Shown in pieces: positions 10,796 through 21,146 of a stretch of DNA of 64,000 nucleotides (positions are counted from its first letter, which is position 1; the number at the start of each line of letters is the position of its first letter). The notes under the pieces are model-generated. The model was given only the letters and a program-made list of their open reading frames with translations. It was not told the DNA's origin and did not search any database. Both the position numbers and the translations under genes were made by a program. The stretch comes from a virus: positions 1 through 64,000 of IMG/VR virus record IMGVR_UViG_3300009849_000001; one strand, given 5' to 3'.

Positions 10796-11520
10796 ACTCC
10801 AAGGGTTTTATTTTGCTGTGCATACTGTGCAATATCATTTCTGTTAATTCCTACCCCGATATCCTGTAAGATATACTCTACAATATCATGCAAACAATCT
10901 TGGTCCCATTCCAACTCAATGGATTCAGATAATTTATTTGGTGGTATTGCTGTCCCCGGACTTGTTTCCCCAGGTGCTAAGTAAACCATATTGTCATCCT
11001 CATCCAGATAACTATCAAAAAACGGATCCAATGGTCTACGCAGGTAATAGAAATTGACCTTATTAAGCGTATTTGGTGCAAAAACAAATTGATCACCTTC
11101 CAGTTTACCAATTGGATTTTTCTCTGTGGGGAAAGTAACTGAATTCTTAAGACTGTTAGAGAATTGGTATCCTTTTAAAAATCTACCGGTTCCCGTGGTG
11201 GTTGAAAAATAATCCCTAAAAAAATAATCAGCAGGTTTTGCAGCTCTACCATTCGTAAGAACCATAGGATTTCCCCCGTCATCATCCATAGATACCATGA
11301 ATTTAGATAATTTATCCTTTATCGTATCTGTAATTTCCCATTGAATGCTAGCCATTGCCATTCCGGGTCTATATTCTTCTGGAACACCAAAATACTTTTT
11401 GAAGAATTTATAATTAGCCCTCTTTAACAATAGGGTAAACTGCTGAGGGTCAATGTGTTTCCCTGATTGCTCTTTGTTTATAATAAAATTTATAAAATCA
11501 AGTAAGTCGAATAGATTCAT
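10792..11520 (-). CDS. Hypothetical structural-module protein (242 aa from ATG 11520; track ORF extends to 11559)
   Basis: The track N-terminus MCVFFCIFVKTDI overlaps a TAnnTTTG box. The internal start MNLFDLLDF at 11520 lies 14 nt downstream of that box. Confidence 0.6.
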   Translation of the reverse strand: MNLFDLLDFINFIINKEQSGKHIDPQQFTLLLKRANYKFFKKYFGVPEEYRPGMAMASIQWEITDTIKDKLSKFMVSMDDDGGNPMVLTNGRAAKPADYFFRDYFSTTTGTGRFLKGYQFSNSLKNSVTFPTEKNPIGKLEGDQFVFAPNTLNKVNFYYLRRPLDPFFDSYLDEDDNMVYLAPGETSPGTAIPPNKLSESIELEWDQDCLHDIVEYILQDIGVGINRNDIAQYAQQNKTLGV

Positions 11521-11534
11521 AATATCAGTTTTCA

Positions 11535-11542
11535 CAAATATA
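11535..11542 (-). promoter_or_regulatory. Putative Bacteroidota-type -7 promoter box (TATATTTG)
   Basis: The reverse complement of caaatata matches TAnnTTTG. It sits just upstream of ATG 11520, in the divergent gap with the plus-strand KilA-N gene. Confidence 0.45.
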
Positions 11543-11621
11543 CAAAAAAATACACACAATATAATTTACATTTAAGATGTTACATGAGGTTGTTTATTTG
11601 AAAATCATTGGGAATGATAAT

Positions 11622-11629
11622 TATCTTTG
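11622..11629 (+). promoter_or_regulatory. Putative -7 promoter box (TATCTTTG) for the plus-strand KilA-N gene
   Basis: Plus-strand tatctttg matches TAnnTTTG, about 90 nt upstream of ATG 11721. Confidence 0.35.
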
Positions 11630-11720
11630 TATATAATTGTGTAAATTATTTTCCTAGATCGTATTATATATAAAAGTAATTAACTATATTTATGATATTT
11701 TTTGATGTAAATATGTACAA

Positions 11721-12326
11721 ATGAAAACAAATCAAGTAATGATCAGGAGAGATGAGCGTTTTATCCAGAGAACAAAAGACGGGTATTTTAACGCCACAAA
11801 CCTATTAAATAGTTGGAATAACTATGGTCACAAAAAGAAAAAGCTTATGTCTATTTATAATAAGCTAAAAATCACAAAAGACTTCATTGAGCAATTAAAA
11901 ATTGAAGGGGTAAATGATCCTTTGATATCTTCAACTAAAGGAACTTGGATGCATCCAAAATTATTTATTGATTTTGCAATGTGGTTAAGTGTTGAATTTA
12001 AAAGTCTTGTAATTGACTATGTTTTGGATGGTTTGATTAAATCTAGGCATGATGCAGGTGATTATTACAATCAAATGTGTGCTTCAATACTTAATACGTA
12101 TGTGAATTATTATGGCAGAAAACCACCTGCAACTATATATGTAAAAGAGGCTCGTTTGATTAAATCTATCTTAGGGGTTGAAACTAAGGATAGGAATGAA
12201 ATGACAGAAAAGGAGTTGAGTAATATTACAGTACTACAAAAGTTTAATTCAGAATTATTAAAGAAAAACACAGGGAAACAGTCAAGGGTAAGGCTATTGA
12301 ATGTGCTTGGGCAAAGTCTTTTGTAG
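11721..12326 (+). CDS. KilA-N domain DNA-binding protein
   Basis: IQRTKDGYFNATNLLNSWN...GTWMHPKLFIDFAMWLSVEF is the KilA-N pattern as I recall it. One of only two plus-strand genes, inserted in the structural operon. Confidence 0.65.
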   Translation: MKTNQVMIRRDERFIQRTKDGYFNATNLLNSWNNYGHKKKKLMSIYNKLKITKDFIEQLKIEGVNDPLISSTKGTWMHPKLFIDFAMWLSVEFKSLVIDYVLDGLIKSRHDAGDYYNQMCASILNTYVNYYGRKPPATIYVKEARLIKSILGVETKDRNEMTEKELSNITVLQKFNSELLKKNTGKQSRVRLLNVLGQSLL

Positions 12327-12350
12327 AGTTTAAGTTGGTGAAACAAAAAA

Positions 12351-12379
12351 AAGGTGTTCTTTGTCATAAAGAACACCTT
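12351..12379. terminator. Bidirectional intrinsic terminator hairpin
   Basis: aaggtgttcttt-gtcat-aaagaacacctt, flanked by an A-run and a T-run, between convergent genes. Confidence 0.7.
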
Positions 12380-12402
12380 TTAAATATCTGTAATGATGAG
12401 GC

Positions 12403-13329
12403 TTAATCCTCTTTATCCTTGTTTTCTTTTTCAACTTCTTCAGGCTTAATAAGGTCATCACCCAATGAAGCACAAAGAAGTTTGTAGGCATCATCATTTT
12501 CCGCAAGGAAATTAATCAATGATGAATGCATTGTTTCTTTGGATGGATACCTGGTAATTGCTTTGGTCATTTCACCTTTAGTATCACAATATCCCCATGC
12601 GTTGGACAATTCAGGATAAGCTTTAATGAAATTTTTCTTTTCAGCCAATCTTACGTTTGCAGAAATGTAAACCCTTTCACCAAGGTTAACGGCTTCAATG
12701 AAATTTTTAAATCCTGTTTTATTCGCAACTTGTTCAGCAACTACTTTGTCATATAGCTTGTTTTGAAGAGTTTCAAAACTAGGACTATGTACACCATAAC
12801 CAAGAGCAATCTTGATAAGATCATTCTCAGATAATTTAAAGACATCATGAGTAAATATATGTCCATAAACCTGCGCTTTAAGTTTACGTACTGCGTTTTT
12901 ATCTCTGTTATCTTTTCCTTCATCGATGAGGGTAATGGAACCATTATCAACATAACCGGAAAATGCAATTAAGAAAATGGCCTTTTCAATATCTTCTTTC
13001 CCAATCGCCATTGTTTCTTTAAAATTGATCTTTGGAGGAAAGAATTCAATTTTTTCTGTTTTTGCATTTTTTGAAAATCTATCACAAAAAATGATATCAG
13101 AACTTCCCAATTCGCTTTTAAAGACAGCTCTAGCAACCATCCTGTGAATACCGGGTGTTTCCCTTTGTCCGTCAGGATGAATAGTTATTTTTGTTTTTGG
13201 AATTTTAAAAACTATAGGCCAATCATCTCTTCTTTTTAATTGATCCCTTACCGCCTCTATTTTCTCAGCAGGAGATCCTGCTTTAGGTTTCCCGATTTTA
13301 GAGTATTTTACACCGTCTATTACTAACAT
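12403..13329 (-). CDS. Hypothetical head-associated protein (308 aa)
   Basis: Long ORF immediately downstream of the putative major capsid gene. No motif recognised. Confidence 0.65.
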   Translation of the reverse strand: MLVIDGVKYSKIGKPKAGSPAEKIEAVRDQLKRRDDWPIVFKIPKTKITIHPDGQRETPGIHRMVARAVFKSELGSSDIIFCDRFSKNAKTEKIEFFPPKINFKETMAIGKEDIEKAIFLIAFSGYVDNGSITLIDEGKDNRDKNAVRKLKAQVYGHIFTHDVFKLSENDLIKIALGYGVHSPSFETLQNKLYDKVVAEQVANKTGFKNFIEAVNLGERVYISANVRLAEKKNFIKAYPELSNAWGYCDTKGEMTKAITRYPSKETMHSSLINFLAENDDAYKLLCASLGDDLIKPEEVEKENKDKED

Positions 13330-13359
13330 GTTTTTTGTTTTACTAAAAAAATATATAAT

Positions 13360-13382
13360 GGATACGGTAAAGTACCGTATCC
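13360..13382 (-). terminator. Intrinsic terminator/attenuator hairpin after the capsid gene
   Basis: Perfect 10-bp stem ggatacggta/taccgtatcc with a 3-nt loop, followed on the minus strand by a U-rich tract. Confidence 0.6.
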
Positions 13383-13397
13383 ATGCTGAAATTTATT

Positions 13398-14840
13398 CTA
13401 CACAGGATGAGTCATTACAACCTGATTCATCTTAAGAGCTTCGAGTCCAATATGGGATCTCCAATATACATCAAGCGCATCTGTTTGCCCAGTATATTTT
13501 TCAAGATACATCCCCATACCTGCGGCACCTTCTCTCCAAGCTTCACGTTTACGACTGTAACCATTAAGCTCTTTATAACAGAATGAAACATTAGGTAGCA
13601 TTACCTTTTTCTTGTTTTCATCCATTGTTTCAACATCCGCAATTGGGAATGAAATACCCCTTTCATTCATGCGTAATCCAGAAACACCAAGAAACCAAGG
13701 ATTATCAAATGAATCGATAGTTTGGAAAATGTGAGTGAAATTAGTTCTCTTAATAACACTAAAACCAAGAGATATACTCATAGATTTAGATCCACCAAAA
13801 TAACGATTCACAACACCGGTGAAAATATCGCCTGAATCCAAGCGTTGAGCTTCATCCTGACAAGCTGTGTCAATTTGTGATTTAAGGTTAGAGCCAACTA
13901 AATGAAGGATGTTACCAGAAACAACACCTTGCGATCTGTAATGATCCTCTTGAGAGTCAAGATCGGCAAGTGTCCAGCTACCTGTAGTATAATCAACACG
14001 TCCCCCAAGTTGGTTTCCCCAATCAAACATACCTCTTGAGGTGTTGATTGAATTACCAATACCCTTGTTAGAGTTTTGAGAATTCATATTGTTGGCAGTC
14101 TGAGTAATGTTATTACTATTAATCTGTCCAACAAATGCCATTGAATCTTGATACATATCCATCAACATGTCAGCACGATCAAATTCGTGTGAAAACATAT
14201 TAACGATTTTCTTACCATCATCAAATTTGGTAAACCAAGTTTGATCAGTAATTACACCACCATCAGAACTCATTGTCTCGGCAATAACCTGTAGGTTGTA
14301 ATCACGAGCGATATGAGTGTAACGGCTAGGGTCTGGTTGATCAGTACCAATAGCTTTTGCATGTCCAATGATAGCCAACTCTGTATCTGCAGAAATTGCA
14401 GGTATTGCAACTGTAGAAACGAATGGTGTTAACGTTAAAGTAACAACAGCACCAGCTTGTACGATATTATCGATAATTAAAACAGCAATAGTACCATCAG
14501 CTAAAGCTACCGCAGTTTGATAACCCCTACGTGGATAAAATTGATTGTTTGCATCCAGATCATCCGCGTGTAATTGTACTGCTACAGAGGCACCTGCTGC
14601 ACCTGCTGCAACATCGTTAGCTACACTAAAGGTACGGTGATATTGTCCTTCTTCATAACGTCTCCAATTCTCTCTTGCGATACCTCTGTATCGTTTGATA
14701 GAATTCATTAATAAGGTAAGGGTTACACCATTCCCCCAACGTCTTGATACTTCAAGATAATTTTCAGGCTTTAAAAAGTCTGCCGATCCAACTACGTTCT
14801 GAACGTATGATCCACCGGCTCTTGCTAATCCATCCGACAT
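13398..14840 (-). CDS. Putative major capsid protein (480 aa)
   Basis: Position after the portal and scaffold-like genes, size, and a strong hairpin directly downstream. Fold not verifiable by eye. Confidence 0.55.
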   Translation of the reverse strand: MSDGLARAGGSYVQNVVGSADFLKPENYLEVSRRWGNGVTLTLLMNSIKRYRGIARENWRRYEEGQYHRTFSVANDVAAGAAGASVAVQLHADDLDANNQFYPRRGYQTAVALADGTIAVLIIDNIVQAGAVVTLTLTPFVSTVAIPAISADTELAIIGHAKAIGTDQPDPSRYTHIARDYNLQVIAETMSSDGGVITDQTWFTKFDDGKKIVNMFSHEFDRADMLMDMYQDSMAFVGQINSNNITQTANNMNSQNSNKGIGNSINTSRGMFDWGNQLGGRVDYTTGSWTLADLDSQEDHYRSQGVVSGNILHLVGSNLKSQIDTACQDEAQRLDSGDIFTGVVNRYFGGSKSMSISLGFSVIKRTNFTHIFQTIDSFDNPWFLGVSGLRMNERGISFPIADVETMDENKKKVMLPNVSFCYKELNGYSRKREAWREGAAGMGMYLEKYTGQTDALDVYWRSHIGLEALKMNQVVMTHPV

Positions 14841-14864
14841 AATATATAATTTTTTTTATTTTTT

Positions 14865-16097
14865 TTAATTATAACCTTTCATTGCTGCATTCTCCTGATT
14901 TTGATTGTGTTTTTCATTGTCGCTTAAATCACCATTCCCTGATTCTTCAAAACGCTCTTTAGCTTTAGCAAAGCTTTGACCTGTTCTTTCTTCCCAAACT
15001 TTATCACGTGCCTCAACCCTTTTATCTGCAAGCGCATTAGCTATCTGCAGGTAATTTTTAGTTATAAAGTCTTGGTGCATGACTGCTTTCACATGACTAA
15101 TTGCTTCGGGCGTGTTAGGTAGTCCGTTTTCTTTTACATATTCCGCAATATTCTCTCTGTATTCGGCTCTTAGCTCATCAGAAATAGGAATGTTTGTAAC
15201 CGGTTCCTTACCACCTTTAGCATCTTCAATAGTCGCATAAACAGGAAAATCTTTAAAATCATTAACCACAGTAGGAACAGAACTGCCCCAATCTTGTTCG
15301 TTTTTGACTCTTACCGCCTCTGCTTCTTGGCTACTCTGTGCACGTTGAGCCTCAAAATCAGGTTTGGTTATTTTCCCTTGCAATTCAAGAAGTTTAGATT
15401 CAGCCACTTTACTAGCCTGTTCCACTTCAAATTTATTCAGTTGATAATCCTCTGAGTCCGGATCGCTAATGTCGTATTTTCGCTCTAATGACTCCCTCAA
15501 TAGAGATTCTTTACCTTTTAGCGATGGATCAGTGATTACTGAATGCAAAATCATTTTATCTATAGCATCCATAGTACTTATATCAGTACCATTCAATGCA
15601 GTATATTCTTTGATACCCAATTTGGTTTCAGTAATGAAGTTATGCAACTTAGCCATTTCTTCATTCTCTTCCAAAGGATTTTTAAACGAATTCTCTCTCT
15701 CTTTATAGCTACTAACCTGTTTTTCAAGGTCTGCGTTTGCAGTCAAAGCAGCTTTTATCTGATCAATATTTTTAAATGTTCCTTCTGATTTCTCATTGAA
15801 ATAACTTAAAAACTGATCATCCGTAACTGTTACGTCACCTGCCGGTGCAACATACCCTTCATCACCCGGTTTAAGTTCATCACCAGTTGGTGCAACATAT
15901 CCCTCGTCACCTGGCTTTAATTCGTCACCTGCCGGTGCAACATACCCTTCATCACCCGGTTTAAGTTCATCACCTACTGGCGCATACCCTTCATCACCCG
16001 GCATTAATGCGGCATTACCTTCCATGTCAACTAAACCATTTGAAGTCATTTGGAAAACACCTTCCTCTTCTACTGCTAAATTTCCTAATCCATTCAT
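14865..16097 (-). CDS. Putative scaffolding protein (410 aa, acidic, repeat-containing)
   Basis: Lies between the portal and capsid genes. Highly charged helical sequence. N-terminal GDELKPGDEGYVAPAGD repeated about 3.3 times. Confidence 0.5.
   Translation of the reverse strand: MNGLGNLAVEEEGVFQMTSNGLVDMEGNAALMPGDEGYAPVGDELKPGDEGYVAPAGDELKPGDEGYVAPTGDELKPGDEGYVAPAGDVTVTDDQFLSYFNEKSEGTFKNIDQIKAALTANADLEKQVSSYKERENSFKNPLEENEEMAKLHNFITETKLGIKEYTALNGTDISTMDAIDKMILHSVITDPSLKGKESLLRESLERKYDISDPDSEDYQLNKFEVEQASKVAESKLLELQGKITKPDFEAQRAQSSQEAEAVRVKNEQDWGSSVPTVVNDFKDFPVYATIEDAKGGKEPVTNIPISDELRAEYRENIAEYVKENGLPNTPEAISHVKAVMHQDFITKNYLQIANALADKRVEARDKVWEERTGQSFAKAKERFEESGNGDLSDNEKHNQNQENAAMKGYN
15836..16000 (-). 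repeat. 48-nt in-frame tandem repeat (about 3.3 copies) in the scaffold-like gene
   Basis: Copies 15836-15884 and 15932-15980 are identical at nucleotide level. The middle copy differs mostly at synonymous positions. Confidence 0.85.
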
Positions 16098-16117
16098 AAT
16101 ATTATTTTGCTTTTGTT

Positions 16118-18478
16118 TTATATAGCTGTTTGTTTCTCCTTGTCAGACTCTTCATTCTCCACAAGTTTATATTCATGTAGAGCTTTGTCAGTCTTACGTT
16201 TTTCTTGCTGTTCTAAGATGATCAATTCTTTGGATCTCTCATGTGCTTCCACCGCCGCTTGTCTGGCTAATTCTGCCGCTGCCTGATCACTTTTCCTTTT
16301 TTCATCCCCCTGCATGGCAATGTTCGACTCTTGAATTTTCTGCTGTCTTTTCTTTTCCTTGTTCTCAAAGTATTGTAAAAGAGCAGAAACATGTTTCAAT
16401 GATTGCCCGGACTCTATCATTGTTAGCAACATTGTACCGGTAGATAGATTTATGGAGGATTGTCCTTCCCTGCCAACCTGCATAGATATCTTTATTTGTT
16501 CTTTGATATCCGCCTTCATCTCATCGGTGGCGGCAGGTCCTATTTTTATTCCCATTGAAGAGGCGGCAAGATTTGCCCCTACGCTTAGGGCCTTTAATTT
16601 AGCTTTACCAATAACAGGATAGTAGGCTTTGTAAACATCCGGATTTTGTTTTATTGCAAGTTGAATCCGGTATGTAAAATTGTCTGCAGTTCTGGATTTA
16701 AGGAACAAATAACCATCATACAGAGGTTTTAAAGTATTATTTGTTGCTACTAAAGCATATTCAGAACCTCTAACAGATTGTTTTGGATCTGGATTGGAAG
16801 CGTCAGCAGTTGCATTAACACCTGTATTGTTTTGGATCATTCCAACATTGATTTGTAATGTATCATTAAATTCACTCAAAGCATTACCTAGACCGCCCTG
16901 TAACTCCTCAATTGGTTTCCCTGAATTACCTCTATTCAAAGCACCACCCATTCCCATGGCTGTTAACTTATAAATCAAGTTACCTGTATCGGATTTTAAT
17001 CTTAGTATTTCAAGGGGGTGGAATGTTTCACCAGCCATTCCAGTAGAAATATTATTCAAAGCATCAAATTCAACTGCTACACCAGGAGGAGAAGCTAAAG
17101 CAATGGCATTTTGAAATTTAAGCCAAGCTATCTGTATATTATCAAGGTTTGGTCGTGTTCTTTCTAGAATAGACTGTCCAGACAATTTAAATACATGAAC
17201 ACATGATTTAACTTCATTGTCAGCTCTTACAGTATCGTAAACCCTGCCATAACTGAATACATGATCTGTATCAATTATCCATGAACATTTATACAAGTTT
17301 ATAACCCTTGTTTTCTTAACCTTCCTATCGGGTCTGTTTTGATATTTCTTATCATTATACATTTTTTTACCCGTGTCGTAAAACTCTTCTACTATTTTGG
17401 ATTGACCTTTTTTGTTTGGTTTAATCTGGTCGTAGAATTCATCTGTAGACTCCCATTCACATTCCAGTGTTGGTATAAGAAAATCGTCATAAGCATTTAA
17501 AGTGGAATCGCTATCCCTTTCAAACAGTTCAACATCATCCCACATGCTGTTTCCGTACTGACCAGCAAATTTTCTGGAAAAAGTTCTGATATCATCCTCA
17601 GAAAATCCATGTAGTTTCAAGTCAGCAGCCCTAAGCATTCTTACATACCCATGAAATTCAGGGTTTGAATACTCATCTTCACGAGTTTTTGGGACAATTA
17701 AATTTGCAGGATCAAGATACATAGCTTTAACCTTGTTTGTTCTAAGGTCAAAATATTCTTTAACTGCGGCAATATTAATTTCAATTAAATCTTGAAATAT
17801 TTTCCTCTTTATAGTGTCGCTCCAATTAGAAACATCAAAGCTATGTTTTATTAGGATTTCATGTACAATTTCAATCTTAAGCTTATTACCACCTAAAGAA
17901 TCAAAGAATTCCATTTCCTCTATCGATTCTGGCATAAATGAGGATTCAAATTGAGGCTCACTACCAAGGGCCTTGTAGAAATCTTCAATTTCTTCCCTAT
18001 GTTTTGACTCAAACCACCCTGTCCATTTAAGATTTTCCTTATCTGATCCTGATTTTGGATCACAGGCATTAGCTGTTATTTCATGTTCTATAGCAGAATA
18101 CTTACCAATTAACAAGGATAGATATTTTGGGAATATAGGTAGAATATCTTTTTTGACATTCATGTACCCATTACGCTTTGCGCTTTTCCCTACTTTTCCT
18201 GCTTCTGTGTCGGTTTGACTTATTGGACCTTGACTTATTGGACCACCTTGTGATAATTGTCTCAAATATTGGTCAGGATCTTGTCTACCTGCAGAAAACA
18301 ACCTGTTACTGGTAAATTTAGCAGCTTGTGAATATGGCGTTGTAGATGTTTTCATTCCGTATGATAGGATGTATCTAGCCCAATCCGCACACCATTTGGC
18401 ATCCTTATTTTTAGGATCGATATCACTATCAGGTCTCGGATTAAATCCTGTCTTGTACTGTGAAAAATTCAACGCCAT
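16118..18478 (-). CDS. Putative portal protein (786 aa)
   Basis: Large ORF directly downstream of the TerL-like gene and upstream of scaffold and capsid. Call based on position and size. Confidence 0.55.
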   Translation of the reverse strand: MALNFSQYKTGFNPRPDSDIDPKNKDAKWCADWARYILSYGMKTSTTPYSQAAKFTSNRLFSAGRQDPDQYLRQLSQGGPISQGPISQTDTEAGKVGKSAKRNGYMNVKKDILPIFPKYLSLLIGKYSAIEHEITANACDPKSGSDKENLKWTGWFESKHREEIEDFYKALGSEPQFESSFMPESIEEMEFFDSLGGNKLKIEIVHEILIKHSFDVSNWSDTIKRKIFQDLIEINIAAVKEYFDLRTNKVKAMYLDPANLIVPKTREDEYSNPEFHGYVRMLRAADLKLHGFSEDDIRTFSRKFAGQYGNSMWDDVELFERDSDSTLNAYDDFLIPTLECEWESTDEFYDQIKPNKKGQSKIVEEFYDTGKKMYNDKKYQNRPDRKVKKTRVINLYKCSWIIDTDHVFSYGRVYDTVRADNEVKSCVHVFKLSGQSILERTRPNLDNIQIAWLKFQNAIALASPPGVAVEFDALNNISTGMAGETFHPLEILRLKSDTGNLIYKLTAMGMGGALNRGNSGKPIEELQGGLGNALSEFNDTLQINVGMIQNNTGVNATADASNPDPKQSVRGSEYALVATNNTLKPLYDGYLFLKSRTADNFTYRIQLAIKQNPDVYKAYYPVIGKAKLKALSVGANLAASSMGIKIGPAATDEMKADIKEQIKISMQVGREGQSSINLSTGTMLLTMIESGQSLKHVSALLQYFENKEKKRQQKIQESNIAMQGDEKRKSDQAAAELARQAAVEAHERSKELIILEQQEKRKTDKALHEYKLVENEESDKEKQTAI

Positions 18479-18498
18479 ACTTAAAATTGTATTTTAAA

Positions 18499-18506
18499 CA
18501 AATATA
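18499..18506 (-). promoter_or_regulatory. Putative -7 promoter box (TATATTTG)
   Basis: TAnnTTTG match 20 nt upstream of the portal ATG 18478. Confidence 0.4.
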
Positions 18507-18524
18507 TGTGTTTTTTTTATAAAA

Positions 18525-20855
18525 TCATTGATGCATTGCAACTATATCACTTAGATTCATAGTTGATTTATTATTTTGCACTCTTTTATTCATTAAGGTT
18601 GAGTATCTATTATTGGCGGCAAGTAAGCACCCACCTCCTGCTGTAAGTAAATCATAGTTGGTCATTTGCTTAATGTGTTTTATTTCACGCCATTGCCTTA
18701 CTAATGATAAATGTCTCTCTCTACTTATATGGATTGCAATGTGATTACGGGTAGCTTTAAATAAATCATCCTTTGACTCTTTAAGGGATGCAAAACCAGC
18801 CACGGGCTTAACCTCTTTTGTAACCGGGTCAACCTTATGCATTAGATACCCTTTGCATCCCCTCGCGACAAAATGTGATAATATTAATTTCACATTGTTT
18901 TCCGGATACATGTATCCATTACAATAGATGGTCATCATTAGCATTTCCTCAGCATAGTAAGTATCTAGTTTTGGTCTAGCCAGATATGTAAGGATAAATC
19001 TGCAAGAAGACCACTGACTAACCGGTTTTGAATCCGGATCAATAGATGTATCCCTCTTCCAGAATGCAGCCCCTCCCCCATCAGACATTGTATCTCCATC
19101 AGCTTTTAGTTTTATCAAAGATGGGTCTAAGTGTTGAAAAGGGTCAGCACTGGTAACAATACCATGAATATCATTAGGGAAACTAATCTCATCAGGTTCA
19201 CCCTCTTCATTCATGAAGTATTCAGTGAATTTAAGATTTGTTTGGTCGGTCGGCAATTTTTTAGAAATTTCAAAATTCCCATTCGGATCCGTTTCCCAAA
19301 CAACCCTACCTTTGTGTTCATGAGCTGCGTAATGATTATCTACAAATTCTTTTGCAGAAACTTTAATGCCGTCAATCTCCCACATGAAATTGCCTCTTTC
19401 AACTGGATTTTGGTTATCCTTAAGGCGTTTAAGCTCTGAGATACGCCTATCCAAACCCTCCACGTCAAAACCAACATCACCACCAGTCATCCTAAAACAG
19501 TCATCATACTTACTTGGATACAACTGGACTAATTGTCTTAAATCTCGTAAAGATTTAGCATCACCTGCCCTTTGCAGTTCATCCATTGTTTCCTCAAGAT
19601 ACTGTTTTGCTCCAATATCCCTGTTTGTAAATGCCTTTTGAATATCGGTAGGCTCTCCAATAATAGACTCCCCGTAAGGACCAATAAAACCCTCTAATCC
19701 ATCATATGCAGGAATAAACAACCTGAACAATCCTGATTTGGTTTGCCCTGTAGGTCCTCTCTCGTAAAATTTTGATTGATTACAAAGGTGATTGAAAGCT
19801 TCACCGCCTCCTGACTCCATGTCTGCTACGGTGGTCGGGTGCATTGTGAACCCATGTATTAAGGCTCCACTACCCTGTGCTAATGTTTGTTTTACTACAG
19901 TATGACGTTGTCCAACATCTTCCTCTTTTGTTTTTCCGTTTTCATCGGATAAGTGAGCTATTTGTTTTTTACCATCATAAAATGATCTACTAGCCGTGGT
20001 TGCAAAATTTATTTTACTACCAAGTTGGTTCCCTAATACTTTATTTGATTGTCTTGAAAAATTAAGTTCTCCCGCAGGATCATTTGAACCCGACCACATA
20101 GGTTTTAGGAAAAATGGCAATTTCTGCCAGGCAGGAACTAATTTTGTTGTGAAATGATCACCTGCATTATCCTTATTGAAAGACTGGATACCAAACAGTC
20201 CATTGATACTACGCATAGCAATATGGTAGCCAATGGACAAGCATTTAAATGTAGCCCCATCCCTTCTGTGTTTTGGGTATGTGAATCCAAAGCAAGTTCT
20301 GAAATTAGTATTTTCACCTTTTTCATTCTCCTTTGTTGTATGGCAATATTCGGCAAAATTAAACCATCTTCTGTCTCTGTCTCTGTAATCAGGTAGTCCA
20401 ATATCAAGTTTCCAAAAGGAACAGTAAAAGTAATGCCATTTACTGATATAGGTAGGTTTACCGTTTATATAGCACCAATACCCCTTATCAAGGAATTCAA
20501 GTTCTCTGTATATCCAGTTAATCTCAAATATATATTCGGCTCTTTTATCATTTAAGATTATAAGAGTTTCTTCCAATATTCTTTGACCTGTTATAATCTT
20601 TTTGTTGTTCTGATTATATTCGGCTAATAGTCTTTTTTTGACTCCATCATCCAGTTGCAGTAACCTTTGAGGATATTTGTGTACTTTAAATTTTTGATCA
20701 ACTGCAGGTAATCCGTATCCCTCAATTAGATGTAGAGGTGGTGGTTTTGGTAAGAAAACCCTTATTGGGTCTAGGTCTGGATCATCTTCATGAACCATGA
20801 AAAATTTATCCGGATCACAATACTGATCTAATATTTCTTTTGAGACTCTCGGCAT
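18525..20855 (-). CDS. terL: Terminase large subunit (776 aa)
   Basis: Deviant Walker A-like KHRRDGAT and Walker B-like IAHLSDE. Size and position immediately upstream of the portal gene. Confidence 0.65.
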   Translation of the reverse strand: MPRVSKEILDQYCDPDKFFMVHEDDPDLDPIRVFLPKPPPLHLIEGYGLPAVDQKFKVHKYPQRLLQLDDGVKKRLLAEYNQNNKKIITGQRILEETLIILNDKRAEYIFEINWIYRELEFLDKGYWCYINGKPTYISKWHYFYCSFWKLDIGLPDYRDRDRRWFNFAEYCHTTKENEKGENTNFRTCFGFTYPKHRRDGATFKCLSIGYHIAMRSINGLFGIQSFNKDNAGDHFTTKLVPAWQKLPFFLKPMWSGSNDPAGELNFSRQSNKVLGNQLGSKINFATTASRSFYDGKKQIAHLSDENGKTKEEDVGQRHTVVKQTLAQGSGALIHGFTMHPTTVADMESGGGEAFNHLCNQSKFYERGPTGQTKSGLFRLFIPAYDGLEGFIGPYGESIIGEPTDIQKAFTNRDIGAKQYLEETMDELQRAGDAKSLRDLRQLVQLYPSKYDDCFRMTGGDVGFDVEGLDRRISELKRLKDNQNPVERGNFMWEIDGIKVSAKEFVDNHYAAHEHKGRVVWETDPNGNFEISKKLPTDQTNLKFTEYFMNEEGEPDEISFPNDIHGIVTSADPFQHLDPSLIKLKADGDTMSDGGGAAFWKRDTSIDPDSKPVSQWSSCRFILTYLARPKLDTYYAEEMLMMTIYCNGYMYPENNVKLILSHFVARGCKGYLMHKVDPVTKEVKPVAGFASLKESKDDLFKATRNHIAIHISRERHLSLVRQWREIKHIKQMTNYDLLTAGGGCLLAANNRYSTLMNKRVQNNKSTMNLSDIVAMHQ

Positions 20856-20998
20856 TCTTTATCTTTTTTAGATTTTAACCCTAATCTGGCCATGCGTTCA
20901 AGAGCATAGGAGAAACTTCCGCCCTCATCCTTTATGTTTTCGCGTAATTCATCACACATTTTTCTATCAATTGTGACACTATGCTTTTCTTTTGTCAT
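20828..20998 (-). CDS. Ribbon-helix-helix small DNA-binding protein (candidate small terminase or regulator)
   Basis: From ATG 20998: MTKEKHSVTIDRKMCDELRENIKDEGGSFSYALERMARLGL, a beta-strand plus two helices. The track start at 21064 is a TTG. Confidence 0.45.
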   Translation of the reverse strand: MTKEKHSVTIDRKMCDELRENIKDEGGSFSYALERMARLGLKSKKDKECRESQKKY

Positions 20999-21111
20999 AC
21001 ATGTAAAATTACTTAAAAAAAATGGGAACTGAATAAACAGTTCCCACAGGTAAATTAGTAACAAATTAAAATAGCAATGAATTTTAACTTAAACAGTTAA
21101 TCGAGGCACTA

Positions 21112-21119
21112 CAAAGATA
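21112..21119 (-). promoter_or_regulatory. Putative -7 promoter box (TATCTTTG)
   Basis: TAnnTTTG match in the 21065-21146 gap. Confidence 0.35.
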
Positions 21120-21146
21120 TACTAATTTTTATAAAAAAGAACCAAA

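Noticed and set aside
13398-20855. Assigning the phage to crAss-like viruses on the basis of the TerL-portal-scaffold-MCP order and large proteins
   Set aside because: No DNA polymerase, primase or giant RNA-polymerase-like genes are seen in the window, and replication relies on DnaB and a loader. Gene order alone is not diagnostic, and I cannot run the searches needed.
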